Source: Eledone cirrhosa (Eukaryota). Taken from it: 64,000 nt of DNA. Of the stretch, positions 43,475 to 59,180 are shown piece by piece (position 1 is the first letter of the stretch; every line of letters begins with the position of its first letter). The position numbers were made by a program, and so were the translations under genes. The stretch is taken from assembly GCA_964016885.1 (NCBI GenBank), contig OZ024745.1:75330001-75394000 (forward strand), read 5' to 3'. The notes under the pieces were generated by a model. The model saw only the letters and a program-made list of their open reading frames with translations. It made no database searches and was not told the origin of the DNA.

Positions 43475-44285
43475 ATTATTTGTTCTCTAACAGAGAGTGA
43501 GGCAATAAATGCACCGTTACTATATAAAGATTTCCCCAGGGAATGTTTAATTTCATAGTCGAAGTAATTGTATAATAGCTAGTTATTATATAATTAAAAA
43601 ATATGTGCACTCTTAGTATAACAATTGAAATCCACACTAAATCGTCAGCATTACTATGGTATAAATTAAAAAAGGCCTGAAAAGAGGCGTGACTTATCAA
43701 GGTTAAATGAAATATAGAAAATGAAAAAAAGACATTAACGATTAGTATATGATAGAGGGCAAGGATATGTATATAAGAAATATAACGCTAGAAAGGGTAG
43801 GGGAATGACGCTTTTAGAAATAATAGAGACGTTAAGACAGAAACTCTTAGTGAAGTCATAACGAGTCAGACAGCTTAAAGATGAGAAGACGTTTTAGAGA
43901 CAATGAATTATTTGAAAGGAATGAGAAAGCAAAACCGGAAATTAAAAAAATGTTGTATAAAAGAATAAACAAAAACAGAAAAAGTAAGACAATTACAAAT
44001 GAAAGATGTCTGACAACAATAATAGAAATACTCGAATGAGAGATTTGTGTAAAAACAGAAGACATTCGAATACAAATATAACAATGAAGATGTGTATTAG
44101 TAACGAATGGAATTATTATAAACAATAGAAATGAAAACAACATCTTGACCAGGTTTGAAATGATCATCGAATACATAACTGTATTCACCAGACAAATATA
44201 TAGTATGCATAATTATATAACGAAGACATACAATAAATGACACAGAAATTCATAAAATGTCATCAAGATATCATCATTATTATTA

Positions 44286-44504
44286 GGTGGATTAGCAGTA
44301 TCGGTAGAGCGTCGGACAACATGCTTTGCGGCATATAGTTACGGCGCTTTACGATCTGAGTTCAAATCTCGCCGAGGTTGACATTGCCTTTCATCTTTAT
44401 GGCGTCTATAGGATAAAGTACCAGTAATGCATTGGGGTCAATTTAATCGACTTTCTCCTCCTTTCAACATTGTTGGCCTTGTGCCTAAATCAGAAACCGT
44501 TATT
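44286..44504 (+). mobile_element. SINE family A, older long variant
   Basis: Consensus plus a ~30-bp ggggtcaatttaatcgactttctcc segment absent from short copies. Confidence 0.8.
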
Positions 44505-44705
44505 AAGAAATATTTAAAAAAAATGATTCTTCGTCGATATATCTATCTTCTGATGTTGAAAGAAATTGTAAAATAATCGAAATATAAGAATCGAAAGAAG
44601 GCAACAAACTGGCAGAATCGTTTGAGTAATCGACAGAATACCTTGCAGTAGTTGTTCAGGGTCTTTCTGTTTTGAATTCAAACCCCCATCCTCGATGACG
44701 ATTCA

Positions 44706-44743
<38 letters not shown>

Positions 44744-44765
44744 TATATATATACAAACACACATA

Positions 44766-44863
<98 letters not shown>

Positions 44864-44963
44864 CAATTAAAGATTAAAGAGAGTTAGTTGATTTAGAATC
44901 AGCCGACCTTTATATAACAGATGTCAAGCACTCAACGATGTATGTTTATCCGGAGTTTTGTTA

Positions 44964-45447
44964 TCTAAACTATAATAAAGGAAGGTCTGCGGGATTGCGT
45001 ACGGTTTATTTTTTTTTTATCCCGTTTGATTAATAAGTTGGATTACTTTGAATAAATAATGAATGAATATTACATAATTTATCTACTAAATTTCGTGGCT
45101 GTTCACTAAATATATTTTGTTTATTTAAAGATTCACTTCTTTAAAATTTCTGAAATGTCAACACTTCCGGTGGCGATCGCTTAAATAAACATACTAATTT
45201 TCTGTCCCTAATTTTCTCCTAATGCAGTTTATATATAATATCGTCTTTTTTAATGTATCATGGATTACGTTACTGATTACATATGACAGTGTAACGCAGT
45301 CTTCGTTCAATTTCTATGTATTATATATTGTCAATTACGATTTTATTTTATGTATCATATCTACATGTATATATACCTGTGTATAATACCAATATACACA
45401 CTACACATGCTAGCAGAAAACCACCCGAAGGGTGGTTTTTCTGCTAG
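44964..45447 (+). mobile_element. Possible non-autonomous Helitron
   Basis: A|TCtaaactataataaa 5' end; hairpin ccaccc-gaa-gggtgg 8 nt before CTAG|T. Confidence 0.4.
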
Positions 45448-45473
45448 TAATAATAATAAACAAAAGACAGTTA

Positions 45474-45552
<79 letters not shown>

Positions 45553-45553
<1 letters not shown>

Positions 45554-45674
45554 TATTATCTATCTATGTTCATACAGGGAACAAAAACGCTACCCAAGGT
45601 TTCAAGGCCCAATATTGGGTTTTGAAACTTTGCGTAGCGCTTTTGTTTCATGTATGAACATAGATAGATAATAT
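45553..45674. mobile_element. Palindromic TA-associated island (related copy ~63050-63140)
   Basis: Arms around cccaatattggg; aaggtttcaaggcccaatattg is shared with ~63074-63095. Confidence 0.55.
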
Positions 45675-45772
45675 ATTTCTGCTGTCTTCCCGATTGAGCA
45701 CTATTTTCACTTTTCCTCTTCACACCTACAGATATTGCTACATATACATCTCTTTCTCTCCCTGCCCCCCCC

Positions 45773-45846
<74 letters not shown>

Positions 45847-46492
45847 TGGACATATATAAATATTTATATATAGTTATATAGTTATGTCTCATATACTGTG
45901 CTACTTAGAGAAATTTAAGCCAGCTCTGACAGATTGCAGAATTTATGGTGATGAGTCAAGTGGTCCGCTAACAATACACCAACCTCCCTTATTTATGGTG
46001 GTATTTAATAAAATACCTCACAACCTCTTTCTTCCCTTCTCGACCTCCACCACCACTATTTACTTCCCCTCACAACAACCGCCTCCCACTCCCCCTCACC
46101 ACAACAGTCACCACGACCTAAAATGGTAAGGATTAATTGAAATGTATAAAAAAACAACATAAATAAATATAAAAGTGAAAATTTAAAAAAGTAAAAAAAT
46201 TATATAGAAATTGTAGAAATTTCATGTTTCTTTTGTAACATGATTTTTCTTGTTCTCAATGCTGCTTCTGCTGCTGCTGTTGTTTTTGTTAATGTTTTTG
46301 TCGTTGTTGTTGTTGTTGTTTTCTTTATCATACCTTGTACTTCTGTCTTGTATTATATCTGTAGGTATATTTTTTTTTAGCATTTGTATTAGTATCCAGA
46401 TAACAGAGACACTTACTGTATTGGCATTATACCAAACACACACGCATATATCCCCCCCCCACACATACATACACTTATTTATCTATCTTATA

Positions 46493-46598
<106 letters not shown>

Positions 46599-46773
46599 TA
46601 ACATATATATACATATATATATATATATATGTATATATATGTATATATATGTATATATGTATATATATATGTATGTATATATATATATATTTATGTGTGT
46701 ATATATATTTATGTATGTATATATATTTATATATATAATATATAAATATATATAATATATATATATTTATATA

Positions 46774-46882
<109 letters not shown>

Positions 46883-47105
46883 ATATATATATGTGAACAT
46901 ATACATTTGTGTGTGTGAGTGTAAGTATACTTGTATCAATGAACAAAAATTGAAGACAACAATAAAAACACAACAAAATCCATACGCAATCAGTAAGTTA
47001 TCATGGCAAGCTGAATGGCATGAGGATTGTAAAGTAGAAAGCGATAGAGATAGATAGATTGATAGATAGACAGAAAGGGAGAGAAAGGGAAACAGGGGAA
47101 GAGAA

Positions 47106-47194
<89 letters not shown>

Positions 47195-47975
47195 AACAAG
47201 GGAAGAGAAAGAGAAACAGAAAGACAGTGAGAGAAAGAGAGAAAGAGAGTGTGATAAAGAGAAATAGATATATAATACAGCTATATAGCTATAGCTGTAT
47301 AGCTGTAGCTATAGCAATAACTATAACCATAGCTAGACGTCTTTCGTTAAGTTTATTCCCCTAGAGAAATCAATGAGGGTATATCACTGCAGATTTTCAT
47401 CTCCTAAAAGACGTCATTCATGATTTGTTCCATTCTCAAAGCATGACATATACAAATGGAGCGAACGGAATAACAATAACAACAACAACAAAAACAACAA
47501 CAGCCGCAGCAGCTACATCCTTTCCAAAACCCCAACAACAACAACAACAATGGCAACAATATCACCTACAAAAACAACAACTAAGGATAACAGCAACAAT
47601 ATCATCACAAAGAATATATAACACCACACGCGCACACACACAGACACTGAGAAATCTATTAAATTTTCCTAAACCGCCATTTAAAATTTGCCAGTTATCC
47701 GCCATAGAAAATTGGCTAAATACATATATAAAAAAAAGCTCGTGAAAATGAAAGAAATTTTAAATGAAAGTTTAAAAAAAATTAGACCGCGGGAATTTTC
47801 TTCAATTAAATTTACAATTAATTAATTACTAAAAATGTTAAATTTTTAAAGAAAATAAGCTGAAATATAGGAAAAAATTCTTGTTGAACTTTTATTTTGA
47901 GTATTATAAACGCACACATACACAGAGAGAGGGGGAGAGAGAGAGAGAGAGCGAGAGGGAGAGAGAGAGAGATAG

Positions 47976-48009
<34 letters not shown>

Positions 48010-48415
48010 GATATAACTCCATATACATACACACAAGCAAACACACATATGTTTTTGAAGCCGAGGTTTTCTTAGTTGCTTTTCCATTATTTCCGTCTCT
48101 AAAAGGGAACTTTAGAAGTTACTGGCAACCGTTCCATTCTATAAATTAATTCTACTCTCAGCTGATAGGTATTGTATGATTTACCAGTCAATGTCTAACT
48201 TTCTTTAGGAATGATTATACATAAAAATGCCCTTCAATATACATATATACATACATGCAATACATGTATAGATCCATAAATGGATACATACATGCATGCA
48301 TAGATGCATACATGCATACATTCATAGATGCATACATGCATGATGCATACATTCATAGATGCACACATACATACATGCATACATACACACACACAAACAC
48401 ACGAACTCCCTCCCC

Positions 48416-48446
<31 letters not shown>

Positions 48447-48509
48447 ATTGTACATTGAATTGAATATTTGTATATTGAATAATTTCATAAACATCCCGTA
48501 TATTATTCA

Positions 48510-48583
<74 letters not shown>

Positions 48584-48981
48584 ACATATATATAACTTCC
48601 AGCAAGGAATAGCCACCATATATTAAAGCCCCACTAAGAATACATTGTTCTGAACCGACCTTTATACCGGGGAACCTTTTACAATGACATGGAACTTAAC
48701 ATAGGTTTTATCTGATCAATACTTCTTGTTCTTTCTAACACATTTATAAATGAATATTCGATAACTGTTACGGCCAGAAGACTGAAGCCCGTGGTGTGAA
48801 CAAAGAATACATTAACACCATATGGAGAACTTATTAACTCTGCCTGTCATATCCAATTGGGCAAGGTGTTTCCATCTGAATCTAACTATGCTTCATATTA
48901 TTAACCGCTCGCACATATTGGCTTACGCATACAGACCCCCGCACTCATACACTCGAGTTCAAATGCATATAATACATACAG

Positions 48982-49079
<98 letters not shown>

Positions 49080-49279
49080 TCATGTATATACGGTTATTTG
49101 AATGCATGCATATGTCTGTATATTTTTGTATATATGTGTGTATATAAATACGCATGTAAGCTGTTAAGTATCTATCTATCTATCTATCAATCTATCAATC
49201 TATCAATCTAACTAAACTAACTATTTATCTATTTATCTATCTCCCTTTCTCAGTCTGACTGCCACTCTCTCCGTCTCTG

Positions 49280-49310
<31 letters not shown>

Positions 49311-49411
49311 ATTTATCCAGTCTATTTTATATATACTCTATTATCAATATTGTGTTCTGCTTCTCTTGGACTACTACGATCAATAGATCTGAACATTATC
49401 AATCTATCTAT

Positions 49412-49486
<75 letters not shown>

Positions 49487-52433
49487 CTCAAACGTGGAAT
49501 AATCGCAGCGGAACATCTAGATCGTACCTAGATAGGGTTCTAGTTAGAAAAAGGATAGGGACATGTTAAGCTGTCCACAAATGTTCATGGTTGCCTATTC
49601 AGATCACAAATTAGTGACCTGCTTAGTCAACCTTGACAAAACCCATAGACAGGGACCCGGCTACTGGAAGCTGAGCTTGTCGTTACCGACATGCAAAGCC
49701 TACAGTAGACGGATTAGCACTTTAGTTAAGCAGCACTTGACAACAGATGGTGGTACTCTCTCAAGAGGGCAGTTAGATTAGACTCGATAGGTTTTAGTAA
49801 AGAATTAGTGTTAGATAGAAATAAGACCAAAAAGCAACTGGTAGATAAAGTAGAAGAAGCACTTAGGAGTGGCAACGACGAGAACGGCCTTGGACCAGTT
49901 CTTCGACGCAAAGCATGAAGGCTGCATTGTCAGAAGCAAAATACGTGCTCTGGGAAACGAGGGAGCCAAAGCTGTTAGCTGGGCCCGAGTGACAGAGGCG
50001 AAAAGTGGCAACAAGTCCGCGATTCGGTCTTTGAAGGACTAAGACTGACGCGTGATACGTGAGCCGAAGCAAATGTGCGCGGCCTTTCAGCGGCATTTTG
50101 CTCAACTGGATTTCGGTCCATACCTCGACGGCCTACCGCGACTCTCGGACAGCGAGGTGAAGTTCTGCGAAAGGCCGATTTCGGGCGCTGAGATAGAGCA
50201 CGCGCTGAGCCAATGCGGCAAACGCAAATCTTCAGGTCTCGACGGTCTACCCTACGAAATTTACGTATCAATGCCGGACTTGTTCTCCGGTCTCCTGGAA
50301 GCGGTCTACTGCAACTGGCAGCAGAACGGGAGAATTCCCAGTTCTGTGGCCAAGGGCGTAATCACGTTAGTCAGGAAGGACGAGAACAAGGGGGATGACA
50401 TAGGCAACTTCCGGCCCATAACTCTGCTCAACACAGAGTTACAGATTTTGGGTCCATACGCGACAACCTACACCTCATGCGATACATCATAGAGAGGGTA
50501 GAGTGTAAACCCGGCTTCGGTGGGGCCCTGATCAACTTGGATCAGTCTAAGGCTTTCGATAGGGTTGACCATCGTTACCTGGATGCGGTGCACGGGGCGG
50601 CAGCCTTCGGACCCGTGTTCAGGGGCTGGATTGCTGCAATGCACAGCAGCAACATCTGCTCAAGGGTCAATGTGAACGGCTACCTCTCAGAGCCGTTCCA
50701 TATCACGCGATCCATCCGACAGGGATGCCCTCTCTCCCCCCTTCTGTACGTACTGACTCTCGAGCCACTACTGCGGAAGTTGGAGCTATTGCAGGGTATC
50801 CCTTTGGAACCGGGACTAAGAAAAGCGGTCTCGGCCTACGCCGACGACGTGACAGTAATGGTGTCGAGCACCTCGCAAATCGGGGAGATCGGCACCTTAC
50901 TGGAGGAATACGAAAAGTTCACAGGAGCGAAGCTGAATCGGGACAAATCCGTCGGTTTGCAACTCGGAACGTGGAGAAGCAAACCGATGCCTTCCGATGG
51001 AGTCGTCGGACGCTGGACGGAAGGACCGGTAAAGCTGCTCGGGGTCTGGTTTGGTCCGGACCTCCAGGTGGAGAAAAACTGGAACGAGGTGACGGCCAAG
51101 GTGTTTGCGCTCACCCAGAAGTGGGCCGAGTGCAAACTATCCTTGAAAGGTCGAGCGGAGGTGGCGAACACTTTTATAGCGTCCGTCATCTACTACCGCT
51201 TGACCGTCGTGCCTTGTCCAGCCAAAACGCTCACTAAAATGGAGCGCCCGCTCTTTCAATTCCTTTGGAAGAAACGGGCTCCTTTGGTGAGAAGATCCAT
51301 CTGCTGCCAACACCCTTCAAACGGAGGGCTGGGGATGCCGTGGCTGACGATGCGCAAACACGCGCTCAGGCTGCGGTACCTCCACGTATTCCTCCCCAGA
51401 CAACCGGTGTGGGCTCCGTAACTGAGGCGAGCTGCAGTCCTGGGTCAAGCAAAGACCGAGGAAAATGGGCGACTGGCACATCGAATGTACTCAGGCGCTC
51501 ACAGTTCTCTGGCAAACGGACCCGACGATCAGTGGAGACTCCACTTCGACATTCTATAGAGGGTTGGTCCGCAGCAAGTGCGACGACACGCTCGAAGAAA
51601 CTCTAGGCGTAGAGGAGGACGAACTGGCCAGTCTGTTCGGTAGGACCTTCCGCCCGGGACCAATGGACAACTTCCAAAAGTCCCTTGCATGGCAGTGCTA
51701 CCGAGGAGCTCTACCAGTTCGAGAAAAGCTCTACAGACACGGGCGCCCGGGTAGGGACCCTTCGAAAAAGATCTGTCCGAGATGCGTGCGCGATGAGGAA
51801 ACCGTTGCGCACGCATTTGTACACTGCCCGGGCGTTACCGACCTGTGGGGCTATGTAGAACGACTATTGTCGCGGGTGGGACCAATCCAGTTGACCACCG
51901 AGTCCATTGTCATGATCAAACCGCCACCCTCCTTCAAAAACGAGGGAGAGGCGGTTTTACTATGTGTTATGGCTATGGTGAAAGAGGTTATATGGTGGAT
52001 GAGGTTAAAAGGACTGAGGTCAGACACCTTTCTCTTCGGCGAGCAACTGATTCGTTTTTTCAAATATCATTTTGAAAGAAGAATCAGGATGGAGAGAGAG
52101 ATGCTGTACCCCAGAAAATTTTATAAAAGGTGGGTGAATGTGGCAAAGATGGCCCGAGTGGTTGGGCCTTCTCTCTATATAAGTTGAGAAAAAAGAGGAA
52201 AAAGAGGAAAAAGAGGAAGAGAGGAAGGGAGTACTCACTCTTGGTGCTTCTGGAGATGAGGGTTGTACATTTTTTTCGGGGTGTGTACAACCCCTGTGTA
52301 ACGCCTCCCCCCTATTGGGGATATCAATTGTTATTTGTTATTTTATTAATAGTTTTATTTTCATATACCTGTATGTAAACTCCCCATTTGTATTTGTACC
52401 CTTCTTTTGTGCCCTTGTGGTTAATAAAGAAAT
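49487..52433 (+). pseudogene. 5'-truncated, frameshifted Tx1/L1-clade LINE (end of APE, RT, zf-RVT, 3'UTR) inserted in (CTAT)n
   Basis: SYLDRVL, SDHKLV, GYWKL (APE); GLDGLPYE, NFRPITLLN, LDQSKAFDRVDH, IRQGCPLSPLLY, AYADD (RT); CPRC..ETVAHAFVHC; AATAAA at 52423. Confidence 0.92.
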
Positions 52434-52805
52434 TTATCTATCTACTTAAACACACGTTAGTATTTCTTCAACATTTTCATCAACAGAACGCAAAACAATA
52501 TTTCGAAATACAGTCGAATATTGTGTGAAAGTACGATAACAAAATTGATGAGATCTTATGAATACATAACTAATTACTATTTCTGTCAGTCTGAGTTAAT
52601 GAATCCACATGACAACATGTGATGCGTACACATTCCAATACTGTTGATAAATTGGAAGAACGCAATGAATCATTAGAGGATACATCAAGTCTGAAAATAA
52701 GACAGGATTATTACAAATGGGACACACTCTTGATCACAGATCTTTTTAATGAGGGTTGAACTGGGGTAAAACACACGCAAATGTGGAATACTATAAACAT
52801 ATACA

Positions 52806-52857
<52 letters not shown>

Positions 52858-52981
52858 CCGTCGAAACGGCTTGAGCTCAGCTGTCGGGGTCTTACTGGTT
52901 CCTATTATCCACTCTACTACCTCAAGTATTGAGTACTTTGGTGCGTTATGGTCCACCTGGTTCCTTACCACATTTCCTTCG

Positions 52982-53026
<45 letters not shown>

Positions 53027-53286
53027 TGGTTACACAACAGTAAGTTCACCATACCGCGAACAATTGTTTCACCTTAACTGTTGTGTAACCACTTCTACCT
53101 AACTCGTCCCATGGACTGAGTTCTCTACCACTACGGATATTACATTCCAGTGTTCTACCACTATATATATATATATATAATATATTATATATATATATTG
53201 GAAAATGCGTGAGATCCTTGGTACAGTTAGGTATATTTGAAAAAAGGAAAAGAATGTCTTTACTTGTGAAGTCATTCTTTTCCTTT

Positions 53287-53380
<94 letters not shown>

Positions 53381-53448
53381 AAAAAAAGATGAAATCGAAA
53401 ATGCAACTGCGGTCTTATTTAAAAAAAAATATATATATTTATTTGGTT

Positions 53449-53486
53449 CCTTTACCGGTTTCGCAGTTCTTCTGCTTTTCAAAAGT
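53449..53486 (-). ncRNA. Second copy of the U3-A8 hammerhead (family P2)
   Basis: actt TTGAAAA gcag aagaa ctgc GAAA ccgg TA aagg; core identical to 3565-3602. Confidence 0.65.
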
Positions 53487-53609
53487 AGAGTTGAGATGGA
53501 GGGTCTGTGGTTTTTCTCACATCTATATATATATAGGTTAAACTATGAAACGAAAAGGCGGTGGAGTTTAGCGGTTAATGAAGCCGTAAATTTGTATTTT
53601 GTTTTCATT

Positions 53610-53753
<144 letters not shown>

Positions 53754-54164
53754 CGCCCCCTCCTCCCCCACACACACATATATAGTTTCTTTGATCGACG
53801 ATGAAAATATTCATTCGTACCGTAGCTGATGTAACGATGTCTTGACTCTTCTATTGCCATATATGAGTTTTCTCTCTTTGTCGCATTACGTTAAAACTTA
53901 AATATTTTCTTACGTAGAATAAATACAGTCATATGATTCTTTTCCTCATCTAACAAAATATAAATAGTATTTCTTTGTGTGTACAAATCAGTATTAACAT
54001 ATATATGAATCGAAAACTATCTTAAGATGTATTGTGAAAGTGCATTCTGTTTGGAACAAATATATGAATTTAGTGGATTTCTTTTGTACTTAGTCATCAA
54101 ATTTATAAAGTCATATTGCTATTTTTTTTTGCAAAGGTAAGCTTTATCCAACACGTTTATTCAA

Positions 54165-54254
<90 letters not shown>

Positions 54255-54262
54255 ATCCATCC

Positions 54263-54320
<58 letters not shown>

Positions 54321-54322
54321 AA

Positions 54323-54865
54323 ATGATCAAGCCGCCTCCCCCCTTCAAAGATGAAGCAGAGGCGGTGTTTCTGTGCGTAATAGCCATGGCGAAAGAGGTT
54401 GTATGGTGGACGCGTCTGAAAGGACTGAGGTCGGGCACCTTTCTCTCTGGCCAACAACTGGTCCGTTTCTTCCGATATCATTTCGGAAGAAGGATCAGGA
54501 TGGAGAGAGAGGTGCTGCACCCCAGCCGTTTCTATGAAAGATGGGTGAAAGTGGCGAGAATGGCCCGTGTGAATGGGCCTTCACTCTACATCAGACTATA
54601 GGTGAGGAAGATGAAAGACCAAGGGAGCACCCCTTCTCTGTGCTCCTGAGGAGAAGGGTTGCACACTTTTTTCGGGGGTGTGTGCGACCCCCCAAGGCGC
54701 CTACTCTCTATTGAGGATTTTGTTAAAAATTTTATTTTTTGTTATATCTTATTTTATTTTTATATTTTGTTATTGCCTCCTCCTTATTGAGGACGCCTTT
54801 TTGTGTAAACTCCCCCCTTTGTACTTGTCCCACTTTTGATGCCCTAGTGGCAAATAAAAGAAATA

Positions 54866-54925
<60 letters not shown>

Positions 54926-55169
54926 CATCCATCTATCTTTTGTTATAAATTTTATTTTTTGTTATATTTTATTTTATTTTTATATATTGTTATTGCCTCC
55001 TCCTTATTGAGGACGCCTTGTTTTGTAAACTCCCCCCATTGTACTTGTCCCACTTTTGATGCCCTGGTGGCAAATAAAAGAAACATATTACACCCTTTTT
55101 ACTCGATTATATGTAAACTCCCCCTTTGTATTTGTCCCTTCTTTTTATGCCTTTATGGTAAATAAAGAA

Positions 55170-55170
<1 letters not shown>
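54323..55170 (+). mobile_element. Stack of three Tx1 3' ends in (CTAT)n (54323-54864, 54938-55084, ~55090-55170)
   Basis: MIKPPPPFKDEAEAVFLCV... is a diverged paralogue of 51912-52187; 3'UTR duplicated; each ends aataaa(a)gaaa. Confidence 0.85.
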
Positions 55171-55223
<53 letters not shown>

Positions 55224-56858
55224 GAGTCTGCCTGTCTGTCTATTTGTCAGTATGTCTGTCTGTTTTTCTGTATGGATACATACAAGTAAGCATTATTCTG
55301 GTGGTTAACTTTAATCCATCTATATTATGTGTGTTTTCATTAATCCACCCATGCTCACAACTAGACATAAACTTTCATTTGTTTATTGTTGTTGTGATTG
55401 TGGAAATGGATTTGGAAACATCAAGAAGTGATAAGGATTTATTATGCTATCAAATAACGTTAGACTAGGTAGTTTTCTTTATCAAATACATCAATAGACC
55501 AATATCAATCGATCTACCGGTTTATGTATATCAATCTACACAAGATTTATCAGTGAAACAACAGTTCAAGTTCTTCAATGAACCTCAAGAACCCGAATAA
55601 TTATATATATTCTCATGCTAATATTTGTATTATATTGATTTTTAGCTTTGGAAGAAGGTCACATATTGGAAGTAGAGTATAATCGATCATATCGATCTCA
55701 ACACCTTATTGATTCTTTATTTCATCGACCCTGGAAAGTTAAAGGAGAAAGTTGACCCCTGGAGTTTGACAAAACACTAACTGTTCTTCGATATATTTAT
55801 CATCGAACTGATAGTAGTGGAAATATCTGGCGTCCTCAAGTACCTTTCTACCTACTGCGATCGGGATGAAAATGGCCATCTACAAGAACAAGCTGAACGA
55901 GTTTGATTAGTTTTTATTTCAGCGCATCTCCCTTACCATCCTTCAGTGTAACTGTTTCACCACATACGTTAGTTTTGTGATTTCATTGATGTTTCACAAT
56001 CCGTCTATCTTGTAGGTGACGTTTTCCAAAGAACATGAGAGTCTGCCAGATTAAATATATATTTAACTACACCAAAAATTGAAACACTTTGGCATTTCAA
56101 ACTAAATGCCTTAACTAAACATTCTAAGACATTTTCTCCGACGCTCTATCAATTTTGCTGCCCAATATTTCTAGTATATCTATTTCCTACATACATATAC
56201 GCAAGGCCTCAGACATAGGGGATGAAAATAGTCGATTAGATCTACCTCAGTACATAACTGGTACTTTATTTTATCGACCACGGAAGGATGAAAGCTATGG
56301 ATTGACCTCAGCAGGGTCTGAATTTGGAATGTAAAGGAATGCAATTAAGAATGAGTCGAAGTATTGTTATATCGATCTTATAGAAAAACTTCATTGCATT
56401 TCTTGATTTACAGAAATAATTCACATCATAAAGTGGTAATTACTATGGAGTTTCACAGTAAGCCAGAAAAACTCATAACTTTTAATCGGATACGGCTAGT
56501 CTCGTGCCACCTCAAATTGGACTCCCTCAACTCATTCGTCCTTCCTCTTATCATCATCTTTATTCTGTTTATCTCCACTACCTTCAGTCCTTTCTCCCTT
56601 ATAAGTACCCCACCACCATGCACACGTTTCTACTGCAGTTGTAGATTTGTAAAGGCTATCAGTATTAGTTTCACCGTTCTAGGAAAGCTTAGGAAGCCTT
56701 TGTGTTCACCATCAAACCAATCCTATAAGATATAAAGGAAAAGAAACTAAACATATTTGGAAGTGTCAACACACGACCAAACTTTTCCTCACGAACTTCA
56801 AAACACATACTCGTAATGCATGATGAATAACAACTGATATCAAAGGCCAATCGATTAC

Positions 56859-56904
<46 letters not shown>

Positions 56905-57260
56905 CTTATATAGCCTGTTATATTAATTCTAGTTAAATACGGCATAGAGTGAGATTTTAAATGGTTTCTATTACGTCTTTTCACTATTCTGAGATTAAAT
57001 CACGCCAAGTAGACTTCGCCTTTTATATTTGAAAGGCCGATAAAAGAAGGACTAAAGAAATCTAATAATACATTGGATTGGATTCGATTGACTACACATT
57101 GCGGTTTTATGCTAAAGTAAAAAAAAAAAAATTCAATATGATAATTTAGTGCCAAAAATAGATGTTAATATAGGGTGTAGATGATTATGATATAATATTT
57201 GGAGAGACATTTCATTGTGTTGTCCAATCATTCGCTTTCTTACATCAACATTTGATATAG

Positions 57261-57417
<157 letters not shown>

Positions 57418-57418
57418 G

Positions 57419-57478
<60 letters not shown>

Positions 57479-58439
57479 CATATATACATACATATAAAGG
57501 TGAATAGAAAGGGTAATTAGAGTGTCAGATAAAATACCTTGCTCTATCTTACTGGAATCCTATCAATGGTTATTGTGAGACGCTCCATTGAATTCAATGT
57601 AAAACAAAAAAAGGAGACTGCTGGTAAAATTTCAATGAACTCAAAAATAGCCTATGTCGTTTGAGTTTACAAGAGACCTATGTATCCAGATGGTTGCCAG
57701 AATATCAAAAAAAGGTTATGCATGTATAAAGAGATTTATATTGTTTTATTTGAAGTATATGATGAATTATCAATTTCGATATGTCGTAGATGAGGTACGT
57801 ATATTACACTATATACACATTACATATACTGAAATATAATATAAAAAGTAAGATATATTAACGGGATTATAGTATAGAATGATTTCATATATTGTTATTA
57901 TGTTATTATATATAAATAATGTTTATTTTATTACCATAAAATATATTACAGCGATATATTGGAACACTGATGTAACATCTATATAACTAGCACATCAGAC
58001 GTTATGTAGATTTTGCTCTGGCTGTTGCTTAGTGGGCACAATAAGGCCGAATGATGAAGAAGTAAGCCTCGCAATCACAAGATCTCGCATTCAATCCCAC
58101 TGCATGACATCTTGGGCGAGTATAGTTTGCCGTCGGATAGACTGTACATGTTATTCAAAGGACTAGCCTTGTTACACATTATAACTTCCCGAGAATTACA
58201 CACTGAAACTTCCCCGAGAAGTACACGCTGAAATTCCCCGAGAATTACACGTTGAAACCTCCCGAGAATTACGTTAAATATACAATTGTCAATAGAATGT
58301 TCAGCTACTTACACGTTACGTTCACGAACAGCTAGAACACTAATCGAACAATCAGTGGAATTCTACCCTCATATCCTTGATTTTTAGTGCAAACCGCTTC
58401 AAATCGTTCATATATAAGAAGTGGTTTAAATATGAATTA

Positions 58440-59100
58440 AAAGCATATCTGCCCATCTTATACCCCGTTCTCACCTTCCTGAGTACTAATTATAACAGCA
58501 GTGATGTAAAGCAATAGGGAAAGGAGTTGCCCTAAAAAAGTACCTGACATTATCTAAGAACCTATTGTATGAGTCCAAATTATTTCTCCAACTCTTCATG
58601 CTAGATTTTACAAATTTGCTTTGATTATCTGCCATCCTAAACGCCTTCATATATTCAAGTATCCACGAATAGAGCACTATATCGTATTTTTTTTTAAAAG
58701 TCTGTCCATGTCACACTTAGATTTGTCCTCCGATATTTACAGTCTTTGGTCTCTATGTTGTAAACAACAAGATTTACTTTTATTACCATTGGTTTTTCCC
58801 TTCAGTTGTTTTTGTTCTATAAGGAAGGGGGTTAATAGATGATGATAGGTTTTCCCAGATAGAATTCTAGTTACTAATTTCCAAAGCAGGTTTAAGCAAG
58901 CAATAGGCTTGTAATTTCCTGCTCGAAGAGTTCATAATAAGAGTGATTCGCTGCCCAACCATCCAGCTTGGTACTTCCCTATGTGCAACACATTCATTAA
59001 GATGGCACCAATAATTTGATGCAGTGCTTCAAAATACTTAATCCACTTTGGCAATCCTTTAATAAGCATAATTGATGTCGTCACTACTGATTGTAACTGG
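58440..59100 (-). pseudogene. Decayed R4/Dong-type reverse transcriptase fragment (second piece ~61174-61300)
   Basis: Minus strand GNYKPIACLNLLWKLVTRIL, RRTNLSVTWTDF.KK.YDIVLYSWILE..SMKSWR. Confidence 0.65.
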
Positions 59101-59180
59101 GTCCTGTTTGGGTCTATTGTCTTCGATTATCAGCGTTTACGTTGTGGTTTAGAAGTGAGCTCTGCAGATCAATCCAGAAA

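Noticed and set aside
50725-51606. Overlapping alternative-frame ORFs within the LINE
   Set aside because: Shadow frames of GC-richer RT coding sequence.
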